From contig NC_043000.1 of the NCBI RefSeq assembly GCF_006345805.1, positions 52,762,001 through 52,826,000 of the forward strand: 64,000 nucleotides of DNA. The letters run 5' to 3'. Positions 38,871 through 51,356 of this stretch are shown here, one piece after another. This DNA comes from Octopus sinensis (lineage: Eukaryota). The stretch's first letter is position 1, and every line of letters starts with the position of its first letter. The notes under the pieces are model-generated. The model saw nothing but the letters and a program-made list of their open reading frames with translations, did no database searches and was not told the DNA's origin. The position numbers were made by a program, and so were the translations under genes.

Positions 38871-41364
38871 GGAGATAAATAAAAATATATATGCATACAT
38901 ACAAACATATATGTACGTACCTACATCTACATGTATATATACATGCATATATAAATAATTATACGGAAGTACATGACATCACAATAAGACGTAGAACAGA
39001 AAAAGCCAAAAAACAAAAAAACAAGAAAACGGAAAACGAAAAACAAATACAGGACAGGTTACACAAGGACAACCCCGTCATCAGCTGTCGCTAGAGGAGT
39101 CAGGCATGTTTCGAAGGCAAACAGAACACTAATCCAATAGGCCTTCCTGCGAGAGAATTAAAATAAAATTTCAAGCAGCGGGGCACAATGAGTACGAACA
39201 CAACACAGACGTAACAATAAGACTGCAAAATTAAAATACATGTAACAAAACAAACCAAGAGGACGAACGAAAAAGCCTTTTTCTGGATAGACAACAATAC
39301 AACTGCAAAAATAAAAATACAGTCAAAAAGTACAATTATTACAAAACGAGAAAATAACAAGAATACTATACAGGAAATTAACCACACAAGGGGACGAACG
39401 AAGAAGCCTTTTGCTGGCAAGGACGAAAGTGTAGTAGCAGCGCGTGAGGCAGTCTTTTCAATAGTGTAACCACGTGTAAGGAATTTTTTTTATAGGCAAG
39501 GAAGAGGGAGGAGGAGGGGGACACGCGGCGAAGAGAGAGGAGGAGGGGAGGGAGAAAGATTGAAGAGGTTAAGCAAAGGGAGAGAGTACCGCATCTTCAA
39601 TATAATATTAATATAAAAAAAGGGGACCAAGAAGTGGATCGAAACGACGAATCGGAACGAACCTGATGCGGGGCGCTGTCAGACAATAAGAGATAATAAA
39701 AATATATATGCTACAACAACTATATGTACGTACCTACATCTACATGTATATATACATGCATATATAAATAATATACGGAAGTACAGGACATCACAATAAG
39801 ACGTAGAAACAGAAAAAGCCAAAAAACAAAAAACAAGAAACGAAAACGAAAAACAAATACAGGACAGGTTACACAGGACAAAACCCCCGTCATCACTGTC
39901 GCTAGAGGATCAGGCATGTTTCGAAGGCATAAAGAACACTAATCCAATAGGCCTTCCTGCGAGAGAATTAAAATAAAATTTCAAGCAGCGGGGCACAATG
40001 AGTACGAACACAAACAAGACGTAACAATAAGACTGCAAAATTAAAATACATGTACAAAAACAAACACAAAGGACGAACGAAAAAGCCTTTTTCTGGCATA
40101 GACAAACAATAAAACTGCAAAAATAAAAATACATGTACAAAAAGTACAATTAATTACAAAACGAGAAAATAACAAGAATACTATACAGGAAATTAACCAC
40201 ACAGGGGACGAACGAAGAAGCCTTTTGCTGGCAAGGACGAAAGTGTAGTAGCAGCGCGTGGAGGCAGTCTTTTCAATAGTGGTAACCACGTGTAAAGGAA
40301 TTGTTTTATAGGCAAGGAAGAGGGAAGGAGGAGGGGGACACGCGGCGAAGAGAGAGAGGAGGAGGGGAGGGAGAAAGATTGAAGAGGTTAAAGCAAAGGG
40401 AGAGAGTACCGCATCTTCAATATAATAATATTAATATAAAAAAGGGGACCAAGAAGTGGATCGAAACGACGAATCGGAACGAACCTGATGCGGGGCGCTG
40501 TCAGACAATAAGGGATAAATAAAAATATATATGCATACATACAAACATATATGTACGTACCTACATCTACATGTATATATACATGCATATATAAATAATT
40601 ATACGGAAGTACAGGACATCACAATAAGACGTAGAAACAGAAACAGAAAAAGCCAAAAAACAAAAACAGAAACGAAAACGAAAAAAAAAAAAACAAATAC
40701 AGGACAGGTTACACAGGACAAAACCCCCGTCATCAGCTGTCGCTAGAGAGTCAGGCATGTTTCGAAGGCATAACAGAACACTAATCCAATAGGCCTTCCT
40801 GCGAGAGAATTAAAATAAAATTTCAAGCAGCGGGGCACAATGAGTACGAACACAAACAAGACGTAACAATAAGACTGCAAAATTAAAATACATGTACAAA
40901 AACAAACACAAGAGGACGAACGAAAAAGCCTTTTTCTGGCATAGACAAACAATAAAACTGCAAAAATAAAAATACATGTACAAAAAGTACAATTAATTAC
41001 AAAACGAGAAAATAACAAGAATACTATACAGGAAATTAACCACACAAGGGGACGAACGAAGAAGCCTTTTGCTGGCAAGGACGAAAGTGTAGTAGCAGCG
41101 CGTGGAGGCAGTCTTTTCAATAGTGGTAACCACGTGTAAAGGAATTTTGTTTTATAGGCAAGGAAGAGGGAAGGAGGAGGGGGACACGCGGCGAAGAGAG
41201 AGGAGGAGGGGGAGGGAGAAAGATTGAGGAGGTTAAAGCAAAGGGTGAGAGTACCGCATCTTCAATATAATAATATTAATATAAAAAAAGGGGACCAAGA
41301 AGTGGATCGAAACGACGAATCGGAACGAACCTGATGCGGGGCGCTGTCAGACAATAAGGAGATA
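38871..41364. repeat. Tandem array of three ~820-845-bp units
   Basis: Units start at about 38871, 39691 and 40512, and each ends in cctgatgcggggcgctgtcagacaataag; differences between units are mainly 1-nt indels; strongly purine/A-skewed on the + strand. Confidence 0.95.
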
Positions 41365-41409
41365 TATATATATATATATATCTGTGTGTGTGTGTGTGTG
41401 TGTGTGTGT

Positions 41410-41710
41410 GGAGGCGCAATGGCCCGGTGGTTAGGGCAGCGGACTCGCGGTCGTAGGATCGCGGTTTCGATTCCCAGACCAGGCGTTGTGAGTGTTTATT
41501 GAGCGAAAACGCCTAAAGCTCCACGAAGCTCCAGCAGGGGGTTGTGGCGATCCCTGCTGTACTCTTCCGTCACAACTTTCTCTCACTCTTTCTTCTGTTG
41601 GCCTGCTCGCTTAGCCAGCGGGGTGGCGTCATTTGAAGGCTAAAACAATGCGAAGCGCATCGTGACCTGCGATTTGTAGCAACATCTGATAGCCTGGTCG
41701 GTCACGGTGA
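41410..41710 (+). mobile_element. tRNA-derived SINE (third family)
   Basis: A box TGGCCCGGTGG, B box GGTTTCGATTCCC. Confidence 0.8.
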
Positions 41711-41712
41711 TA

Positions 41713-42237
41713 TCTATATATATATAAAACTGTAGTTGTGTGAGTGTCTGTCTCCTACGATTTAGATTCCTAACTACTCCCACATTTTGCGGTGCAGTTT
41801 AACCAAATTCGGGTATCTTATAGTCGTGATTCATATCGAGCCCGTCTGCGTATTAGCGTGCGTCTACGATGAGGCTACAATTTAAAAAATAATTTAACAT
41901 CATTTTTTTCCATTTTAACGCATAATTTTTCGTCTGTCGATGGCGGCGGAGTTGGCGTCCATGGTCACACCTGCACCTGTGTTGCTTCTCCCCCTTCTTC
42001 CCTCCCTCATGAAGCTGTGGGGAAGGGAGTGTAAGGAAATCAACGTCGTAAAGCATTGTCAAGGAGACCAGCGTTCTTTTAGAACAACGACTTCATGGCT
42101 TGAAGACACCAAAATTACCATCATTTTTTATTCCATTTTTAATGCATTTTTTTGCTATTTTTTTGCTATAACTCACTAAAAATGCTTATATAGTTATTTC
42201 CCTTACAAACCCGAGCAACGCCGGGCGATACTGCTAG
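41713..42237 (+). mobile_element. Non-autonomous Helitron (525 bp)
   Basis: A|TC 5' end, subterminal hairpin CCCGAGCAACGCCGGG (42210-42225), 3' CTAG|T; sits between A and T with no TSD. Confidence 0.8.
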
Positions 42238-42266
42238 TATGTATATATATATATATATATATATAT

Positions 42267-42660
42267 AGGCGCAGGAGTGGCTGTGTGGTAAGTAGCTTGC
42301 TAACCAACCACATGGTTCCGGGTTCAGTCCCACTGCGTGGCATCTTGGGCAAGTGTCTTCTGCTGCAGCCCCGGGCCGACCAATGCCTTGTGAGTGGATT
42401 TGGTAGACAGAAACTGAAAGAAGCCTGTCGTATATATGTATATATATATATATATATGTATGTGTGTCTGTGTTTGTCCCCCTAGCATTGCTTGACAGCC
42501 GATGCTGGTGTATTTACGTCCCCGTCACTTAGCGGTTCGGCAAAAGTGACCGATAGAATAAGTACTAGGCTTACAAAGAATAAGTCCCGGGGTCGATTTG
42601 CTCGACTAAAGGCGGTGCTCCAGCATGGCCGCAGTCAAATGACTGAAACAAGTAAAAAAG
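42267..42660 (+). mobile_element. tRNA-derived SINE with a LINE-derived 3' tail
   Basis: A box TGGCTGTGTGG, B box GGTTCAGTCCC, internal (TA)n, tail GGCGGTGCTCCAGCATGGCCGCAG...CTGAAACAAGTAAAAAA. Confidence 0.85.
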
Positions 42661-44289
42661 AGAAAAAAGAGAAAAAGATATATATATATATACACATATA
42701 TATGTTGTTTAACAATAAAAATGTGCATAAAATTATGTTTGCATGTATATATCAACTGATTTTATGCATAGTTTTATTCGGTTTCCTATATGATTAAACA
42801 CACTTAATTACATGCATAAATGCACGCTAAATACTGCATTGTATCTGAATTCTCTCCTATTTTCATAGTTGCGCATAGTGTATGTGCATATGTATAACTT
42901 TGTATGTATTCGATTTGCAGTATCTAGTTACTAACCACGATGATCACTTCATATATTAATTATCATGCTATGATTATTCCATCTAAGGTTCACAAATCTA
43001 TGAATTCAACAAATTTACCAATGTGAGAACTTTGGTGTTACACTGCAGAATTTTTCTTTTAAGAGTAGAAGGACTATCATTCATAAAGATATTTCTGACA
43101 AGCAGAATTGCTTTTATATTGAGTGAACCCATTATATATTTAATAAACTATAACTAACCCTGCTCTTGATATTATTAATGGGAAATCTGCTTAAATACGT
43201 GTTCATCTGATTGCTATACATTTTGATAAATAAGGGCATTACTATTCCATTATTGATAAACCAGTTTCATTGCACGTTATTTCAGCTATTCAATTTAAAA
43301 TCTGATGCCATTCTGTTCATACAGATTTCCTCGAAAATTTTAGATTCACTCCGTCTGATTTAAATGAGCAAACTCTTTACTCTTCCAATTTACTGTATAT
43401 TTCCATTTAATAAAATACCTAATTTTAGGCAACTTTACATTTGAACGCACACTATTTGGGTTAATCCACACTATCGGTACTCAAACTGAACGTATAGGAA
43501 TAGCTCAGGTTTCCTCCACTCAGTTTTCCTATTAACAGTGATATATATTTCTTACAGAAAGTACTGTTGATATTTGTTGTTATCAATGCTTACTTACAGA
43601 AAGAAGCATAGTTTCAGTTTACTCCAAACAACTTTGTTATGAATAATGCTGCCACTAAAATAGGAAAGGCATATAAGGTGTTAAAAATTGCTGTTTGTAG
43701 GGTCATGAACTGTACTTTATTAAATAATTTACACGCGGGATGGAAACAAAAATAAAAGACTATGGGCATACCAGAAATGCATTGCCTACAATTAACATTT
43801 TGCAAAATCACAGACAAGTATTGTTTTACATCTGATGACATATTTCGAATCATACCTGATTTCGTACCTAGATAACTATATTTCTTAATCTATGATATTT
43901 CCAAACATTTTCATATTAACGCATTTCTGTAGTTGACTTAAATATCTATCATACGTTAAAGAAGACAGCTTATAGAACAACTGATATGATTGCACATGTT
44001 TTATTAGTGATATTCAATTAGTCAAACTATTAGCTTATACAACAATAAAAGAACATTCAAAGTAACAACCTGCAGAATATATTATATCTTTAGAAGTTGA
44101 TACATTTTCTTCATTTCGTTAGTGTTGTGCAAAACTGAAACAGTTATTCATAATTTTACGTTTGTCTGTTTTGAAGATTTGCTTAATGTTATCGTTGTCC
44201 TTATATATTTATACGACCATCTTCATATTCTCCTTCCTGTTATCATCATGATCGTTGTAGTCAACATATGTCCCCCACTATCACCACAA

Positions 44290-44400
44290 CAACATAACCA
44301 CAACACCACCACCACCACCATCGTCTCCATCATCATCATCATCACCATCATTATCATCGTCGTCGTCGGCGGCGTCGTCGGCGTCGTCATCGTCTTCATC
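44290..44400. repeat. Compound trinucleotide microsatellite (CAC/CAT/CGT)n
   Basis: Direct inspection; explains ORFs 44122 and 44223. Confidence 0.9.
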
Positions 44401-45587
44401 ACTATTGAGCTGTTGATGGTTGTCGATAATATTATTGGTTTGTCTAGCTTTCCTATTATCAATAAGACCATTTTATATACATCCTTTTCTCAGAATTCAA
44501 ATGGATGTCAGTTAACGCTTAAAACTTTTCATATGAAAAATAGTATCATTTTGAGTTGGTGGTTGTTTTATACCCGTATGCATATGTAATACCGTTCGTG
44601 ATTCTTTTGATAGGCAGCATCAAATTAAAATTTAATGAATTAAGCTAAACAATACAAGGTTAGAACAGGAAGGAATATTGACATTTCTTTACTATGAAGT
44701 ATTGACCAAATAGTACAAGAATTTTACAGAAGAAATGATTTTCATATAATTTTATGTAGGCTTCTTCATTTCGAAATATCCGGGCTTCAAACTCACTGAC
44801 AAGAAACAATAAAATAATGACATTTGCGATTACGGTGTAAAGTTGCAATTAGAAGCAAAGAATCTATATAAGTCTCTTAGCTTTTCTTATGTGTAAGTTT
44901 ATTGTTTCATCTGTTCGCGCAATCAGCCCCAATCTTCGGAATTGCATATATAATTTTTCTTCTCAATATTATAGAAATCGATATTAACTTCACAAAGAAT
45001 TTCGTAGTAATCATAACCTATGACTGCTTCAGAAAATCTGAGACAACACGAAACGTTCAAGCAGTTTCTCAAACTGACGTACTCTAGTAGAAACATATAA
45101 AAGTAAGGTCTTGACATTTCCTTAGCATTCAATTGTCGAAAAGTAATGAGAACAAATATTTCGAAGAAATGCAATATCATTCCCGATCATTTATGTATAA
45201 ACTAGAGTTAGTGCAAATCATTGCTGTATGAGCAGAAAAGATCGATAATAAATGATCCAATTCTAAAATAATTTTATAGAAATTTAAAATTCTGCAGTAT
45301 TGGATGGCTATGGTTGTTTCTTCCTGAAATGCTGATTAAACTTCCTATACTTTCAAACATTCTGTATATACATAGCTTATCTAGTTACAGACTGATGCAG
45401 ACATGTATACGTGCTCGTAAACTATGAGAGATGACAGTTAACAAATATTAAATATGAATTTGAAATAACATATAGTTCCTTATTTGGTAATTCCGAACGT
45501 ACATACAAATATAGCTTGACCAGTAAAAAGTGTTATAAGGAGTTTTAAATACATACATGCATACATACATATATATATGTGTGTGCA

Positions 45588-45633
<46 letters not shown>

Positions 45634-46004
45634 TATATATTGGATTTCATAGATATATTAGCACCCAATTCCTATTATATTTTAGTCTAGATTAAAATAA
45701 ACGTGACTGAAAGAATGAATATATAAATCCTCTTAAACTATAACTAAGAAAAAACAATCTATATATATTTTAAACATCTTGTTATTTTCCTTTAAATATT
45801 ACCTACAGAAGAATGCAAGTTTGCTCACTCCGATGTTCTATCTATGAATATCTTGGTCTATTTGTAAGAAACAATTGCAGGGGAATATGAAGACAAAAAC
45901 TAAATTCCATTTTGACATTCAATCTGCTTCATTCCCTAAATTTGAATGAATTTATCAAACTTTATGGAATAAGTTAAGTCATATACTAATTATTTCTATA
46001 CATA

Positions 46005-47176
46005 CAGGGGTTGGAACAAATAATGGAAACAGCTTAAAATTTCAAACAAAATTATTTTAATTTGGGATAGGAATGCATTTGGCAGTAATTACAGCTTGTA
46101 TTCTACGAGGTATGGACTCGTACAAAGTTCGAGTTGTTTCCAAAGAAAGTTTTGTCCATTCTTCAGCTAAAGCAGTCTGAGGACTGTGGTAGCCAGATAA
46201 CCTGTTCAACTTACCTAGAATGTTCCTCGTGCCATTCAATAACAACTTTAGCTGTGTGATGTGTAATTGGAGCATTATCATCCTGAAAGATTGTTTCCGC
46301 CCGGAAACATAGGATGAATTTGATAAGACAAAATGCTTAAATAGTCTTGACTATTAAATCTCTCATGAAGCAAAACCATTGGGCCAGCAGATTTTCAAGA
46401 TATATCCCCCCTACACCAGATCATCACAGATCCTCCATGTTTAACAGTTGGACGAAGGCAGTCTGGGTGAAATGCTTCTTTTGGCTGTCTCCACACGTAT
46501 ACTCGGCCGATGGTCGGAGATATGGTAAAGGATGACTATTCCGAGAATATATCATTCTTCCACTGATCAAGGGACCAATTCTGTATGTTTTTACTCCACT
46601 CAAAACGCTTTGCAAAGTTTGTTTTTTGAAGGTAATGGTTTTCTGATTGAAATTCGGCTTTGTACAGATCCCGGCGAATAGTTTTTGTGGAAACTGATTT
46701 CTCGAGGTGATCATTAAGCTCTGCAGTAATTTTGGGAGCTGTATATTTGTAGTCCTTTCTGACAATTCGCATAAGAGTCCAAGCGTCTCTCTCTGAAAGT
46801 TTTGGTATCCTTCCGGAGTTTTGTTTCAACGAGGAGGTTTTTCCCACTTTCCCAAAGCAAGCTTGTCATTACTTTCGAGACAGTACCTAGCGATGGACTA
46901 AGTATTTCGGCTGTTTTCGTTACGCTAGCGCGTGCCATGACTTTCTGGCCATTTTGTCCTCTTTGAAAGTCCAATAGATCTGTCATTTTAATGAAATTTA
47001 ATTATCTTTATCTGTTGACATCTGAAAAGAAACAGTACTTTTATCAAAAGATATTAAGCAACACTAATAATAAATAAGGAAAACATAAAAATAAACAAGA
47101 TTTTGTCGGTTTTATAGATATTTCAAAATTATGATGCTATGAGGTTTGCTGTTTCCATTATTTTGTCCAATCTCTG
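46005..47176 (-). mobile_element. Tc1-like transposon, decayed (copy 2, same family as 25116)
   Basis: TA|CAGGGGTTGGAACAAATAATGGAAAC ... GTTTCCATTATTTTGTCCAATCTCTG|TA; ORF 46536-46847 (NSGRIPKLSERD...AELNDHLEKSVSTKTIRRDL...W...IFSE). Confidence 0.9.
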
Positions 47177-47234
47177 TACATGCATACATTATATACATAC
47201 ATATCTACCTATATACATACATACATACAGATGT

Positions 47235-47727
47235 AGAAACGGAGATGTCGACATACAGCATCTCGAAAGAGTCCAGTAGTTGGCTACCCGCATGGCTCAT
47301 GGTCTCAAAAAATTGTCTTATGAAGAAAGGCTTAGGACGCTCGAACTTTATTCTCTAGAAAAACGCCGCCGCCATGGTGATCTCATTCTCGCTCACAACA
47401 TCATAAGTGGAAAGTGTAACCTCTCGAAAGAGGTGTTCTTCACTCCTTCTCCAGAGCGTCGGCTGCGGAGTCATTCCGAAAAGCTCTACCTGTGACGATT
47501 TCATCTCAATCGAAGGAGAGGAGCTTTCTCCGTCCGGGTTGCGGATCCATGGAACAAGCTGCCAGACGAGATGGTGAAGATGCCGACGACCGCTTTGTTC
47601 AAAGTCTCCCTTGACCTCAAGCGGCCTGAACTCTTTACATGAACACCACCCTGTACTTAACTCCATGTCCCCGTACATGGCCGTGCTATTTGCTTTTGAG
47701 CCAACAATTAACTAACTAACTAACTTA
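47235..47727 (+). mobile_element. CR1-type LINE 3' fragment with a (TAAC)n tail
   Basis: ATRMAHGLKKLSYEERLRTLELYSLEKRRRHGDLI...FSVRVADPWNKLP...FKVSLD followed by a taactaactaac tail. Confidence 0.85.
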
Positions 47728-48885
47728 CTAAATGAGATAAGGCAGTGGGAAATGAAAGACCAAGTGAGGATGGAGTATTTCCGAAGACTGAGGGTGGTGC
47801 TGAGCTCAAAATTGACTGGATGGAATAAAATCCAAGCAGTTGGTACGCGGGCGATAGCATCAGTTTGGAATGGAGCGGGAATTATAAAATGGCGAAAGAG
47901 AGAAGTGATGAAAATGGACACCAAGTCCAGAAAGAGCCTTCCACCCTGACAGTGACAGCGATAGGATGTACTTGCCCAGACGAAAGTCTGTGGGTGGGAG
48001 ACGTTTAATCAGTTACCCGGACTGTAGTGAATCAGGAGAAAACAACATACGGTGGTATAAAAAATGCTGTGGAGCTATTGTTAAAACATACGAGGAAGGC
48101 CGGCATCATCAAAACTGTAAATTGTGTAATGAAAGAAAGATTTAATCAAAAAATGAACACAAAAACAGGAAAAGCATGGATGGAAAAACATGTACGGTTA
48201 AATGTAAATAATGTAAATAGTGTAAATATCCTTTCAGATATTTTGGATAATATTTTCAGGAAAACCCAATAAGATTACCATTAATTCCGTGAAATACTCA
48301 CGGGTCCTCCTGGCCATAGAACCAGGTGGCGAAAGTGCAACATTGGAAACTGCGAAAAGTGGAGGATAGAGAGAGGCAAAACATGGTATGAGCCAAACCA
48401 CAGAGAGTGGCAGAGTCGAAGACTAGCAAAATCTTCTGGGATTTCCCAATCCAAACAGATCAGGTACTAGAGCATATCAGACCAAACCAAGTGGTGTGGG
48501 ACAAGGTGCACGACATATATTGTATAGTTGATGTTGCATACCTCTTAGATCCACGAATAGCCTAGAAGGAAGGCGAAAATATAGATAAATATAACTCTAT
48601 TAAGTACGAAATAGCCCAGCTATGGAAAATGAAAAAGGTGAAGATGATGTCAATTATTGTTCTTGAGAACAGTATCAGAAGGCATCAAAGGGAATGTAAA
48701 GGAAATTGAAATAGAGTGCCCAGAAGAACTGTTACAAAAGTTTTGCCTCCTTGGCAGGGCCAGAATGATGAGGAGAGTATTAGATAGCAGAAAGAATAAC
48801 ATGGTACCGTAGGCTGCCGGTAGTAAGCTATCTACGCATGCAAGTCTTCAGGAGCTCAAACATAACCTGTGGTAAAGAGATAATA
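47728..48885 (+). mobile_element. R4/Dong-type LINE 3' half with a (TAA)n tail
   Basis: MKDQVRMEYFRRLRVVLSSKLTGWNKIQAV; endonuclease region ILWDFPIQTDQVLEH...VDVA...KYEIAQLWKMK...RMMRRVLD; followed by (AAT)n at 48885-48945. Confidence 0.8.
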
Positions 48886-48893
48886 TTAATAAT

Positions 48894-48945
<52 letters not shown>

Positions 48946-49495
48946 CCCTGATGCAGTACCAGGCAGTGGCTCTCATGGCTTCTGATCTTAACTGATTGGA
49001 AGTGTTATCATGTACATTGTTTTGTCTTGGTATAAAAGATGGGCTACAGCAAAATTCTGCTCAATACCACAGATTTGCTTGTCAGTTGTTTGACCTTAAC
49101 CAGTTGAGCATGTCCCTTAGTGGCTGACGATATGTGCATCTCTGATCACGAGCAGAAGTAGTGGGGGAGCATCATAGCCATGTGTTGAGAGGGATTCTTT
49201 GGGTTTGAATAGTTCACCTCTGGAAACATGGGTGGTTCTTTCAACATCCTTAAGCAACCCTTATTCAGGGACCGTTTGAGCGGGATGGGCTACTCAACCT
49301 GAAGAAAATTCTAACTGGGCCCCACCTGCAAGGTCATGTGCTGTTTATCTTGATATGAGATCACCATGTCGCGCACATATGGTTGTGATGCATGTGCCTG
49401 GTGTACCTTTATCAGACGGGTAGTCATGATGGGTATATTGGGCTTCGTATATTTTACCCCAGTGTCACTTTGATGGCATGAACTGCTCTCTCACT
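48946..49495 (+). mobile_element. Unclassified interspersed repeat embedded in (TAA)n tracts
   Basis: A non-coding 550-bp block of higher GC, bounded on both sides by (AAT)n and ending ctgctctctcactc-aataataat; resembles an abundant octopus repeat (from recall); orientation inferred from the tail. Confidence 0.5.
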
Positions 49496-49496
49496 C

Positions 49497-49564
<68 letters not shown>

Positions 49565-49675
49565 TAATATCCGTACAATAACCATCAGAGCATCACAACA
49601 AATCACAGCACATACCCAAGGCACACAGAGCTGCGCTCGGTAATGAAGTGAAAGCACGCTATAAAAATAAAACTA

Positions 49676-49736
<61 letters not shown>

Positions 49737-50350
49737 TAATAATAATAATATAATAATAACAACAACAACAACAATAATAATAATAAAAGAAAGAAGAGAA
49801 ACCCAGGATCGTAAGAAAGAGGAAGAAAAGCAGAGAAAATACAATCCTATAAAACTTGAAATAGGAATTGCTTGGAGTAAGCGAACAGTAAATATCGTGC
49901 GTTCAGAACAGTAAGGCAAGATATAGACGAATGGCTGAGGGAGATTAAAACAGAATGTCCGGTAACCTTCCTACAGATAATTTACATCATAAGGACAGCA
50001 AGTATTATCAGGAGGGTTCTAAGTACTTGAAAGACTCCTGAGAACATGTGGATACCTAATGTTATAGGTAGTAACGCGATACAAATAAATCCTACCAGGA
50101 ATAAGGCCAAATCTGAGCTTTGGTTCTTTAACAAGAAGAACAGCAACAACAACAATAATAGAGAAGATATGGAGAATCAGAAAAGTAGAAATGGTACCGA
50201 GTGTGGTTGGCACCCTGTGAGCAGTTAAAAAAAGGTCGAATGCATGGTTTGAGATGATATGAATTACAATCAGAACGGAACTGCAGTAGAAAACAGCTTT
50301 ATTAAGAGCAGCAAGGTCTCAAAGGAGTGTGTTGGAAAGTTGACAGAAAA
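49565..50350 (+). mobile_element. Further R4/Dong-type 3' end fragments separated by (TAA)n/(CAA)n
   Basis: 49565-49680 is a 3'-UTR-like piece ending aaaactactgaa-taataa; 49790-50030 encodes KKEEEKQRKYNPIKLEI...WLREIKTECP...TASIIRRVLS*; a weaker piece lies at 50160-50350. Confidence 0.6.
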
Positions 50351-51224
50351 AGAATGACTGAAATGTCTTTTGCCCATTGGCTATGACTCGCTCATTTGGA
50401 TTAGTGTCGGTATAAGAATTGCCAGAGCGAAAGCGTCACTGATAATTACAAACATTCGGTTGCATCGATTGATATTTTGGGGATAGGATATTCTCCTTTA
50501 ACTTATCTATATCTCATGATTTTAAAAATCTACTGCTGATTTGTTACGAAAAAAAACCGAGTAAAATTTGGGGTCGACATAGTTAAAACATATTACATGG
50601 AGATTTACTCATTCACAGATTAGTTAAGGCCAGACACTAGAAAAATGACCTTATATTTCTTGAATCAGCAAGAGTATGTGTCACTAATGTGAGTTTATCA
50701 ATTTAAAATTACGGGTAGAAATGCTCAGAGTAAGTATGTCTATTTATATTTATAAAACACCAGTCGTTTTTGATTTAAGTGGTTGCCATATAAACAAATA
50801 TCCACTTCAATAGATTTGCAATATCCATCTGAAAATGTTTGTCTAGTAGGTTACAAAAATGGAAATAAACACTGTCCTTCATACACACACTAGTAAACGC
50901 AAGAATGTTATATCGGTTGAAAGATATACCTTTATTTTACACACCAATTTTTCAATGTCTCTAAAAACGTTACAATGCCCACGAAATTTTAAACGCATTT
51001 TTGGGGTGATGGTAGGTATTTATAGGTACCAATGCTATCTCCTTAATAGATAGAAGCTAAAATTTGATATATATGGTATGTTTACGTCTCGTTAACTTAG
51101 CGATTCAGCAAAGTGAGCCGCTAAACCTGGCTTGAAAAACAGTACTTATTGGGGGCGATACACCCGACTAAAAATGTTTCAAGGTGGTATCCCACCACTG
51201 CTGCATTCTATAAAAGACATGAAT

Positions 51225-51356
<132 letters not shown>

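Noticed and set aside
41305-41345. Plus-strand GAAAC...CTGATGC motif at unit ends
   Set aside because: The core is CTGATGC rather than CTGANGA, and helix II cannot pair.
38871-41364. CRISPR-like or coding interpretation of the tandem array (hydrophobic ORFs 39100, 39910, 40743)
   Set aside because: Eukaryotic context, ~830-bp units with no unique spacers; the ORFs arise from T-rich composition and are not frame-conserved between units.
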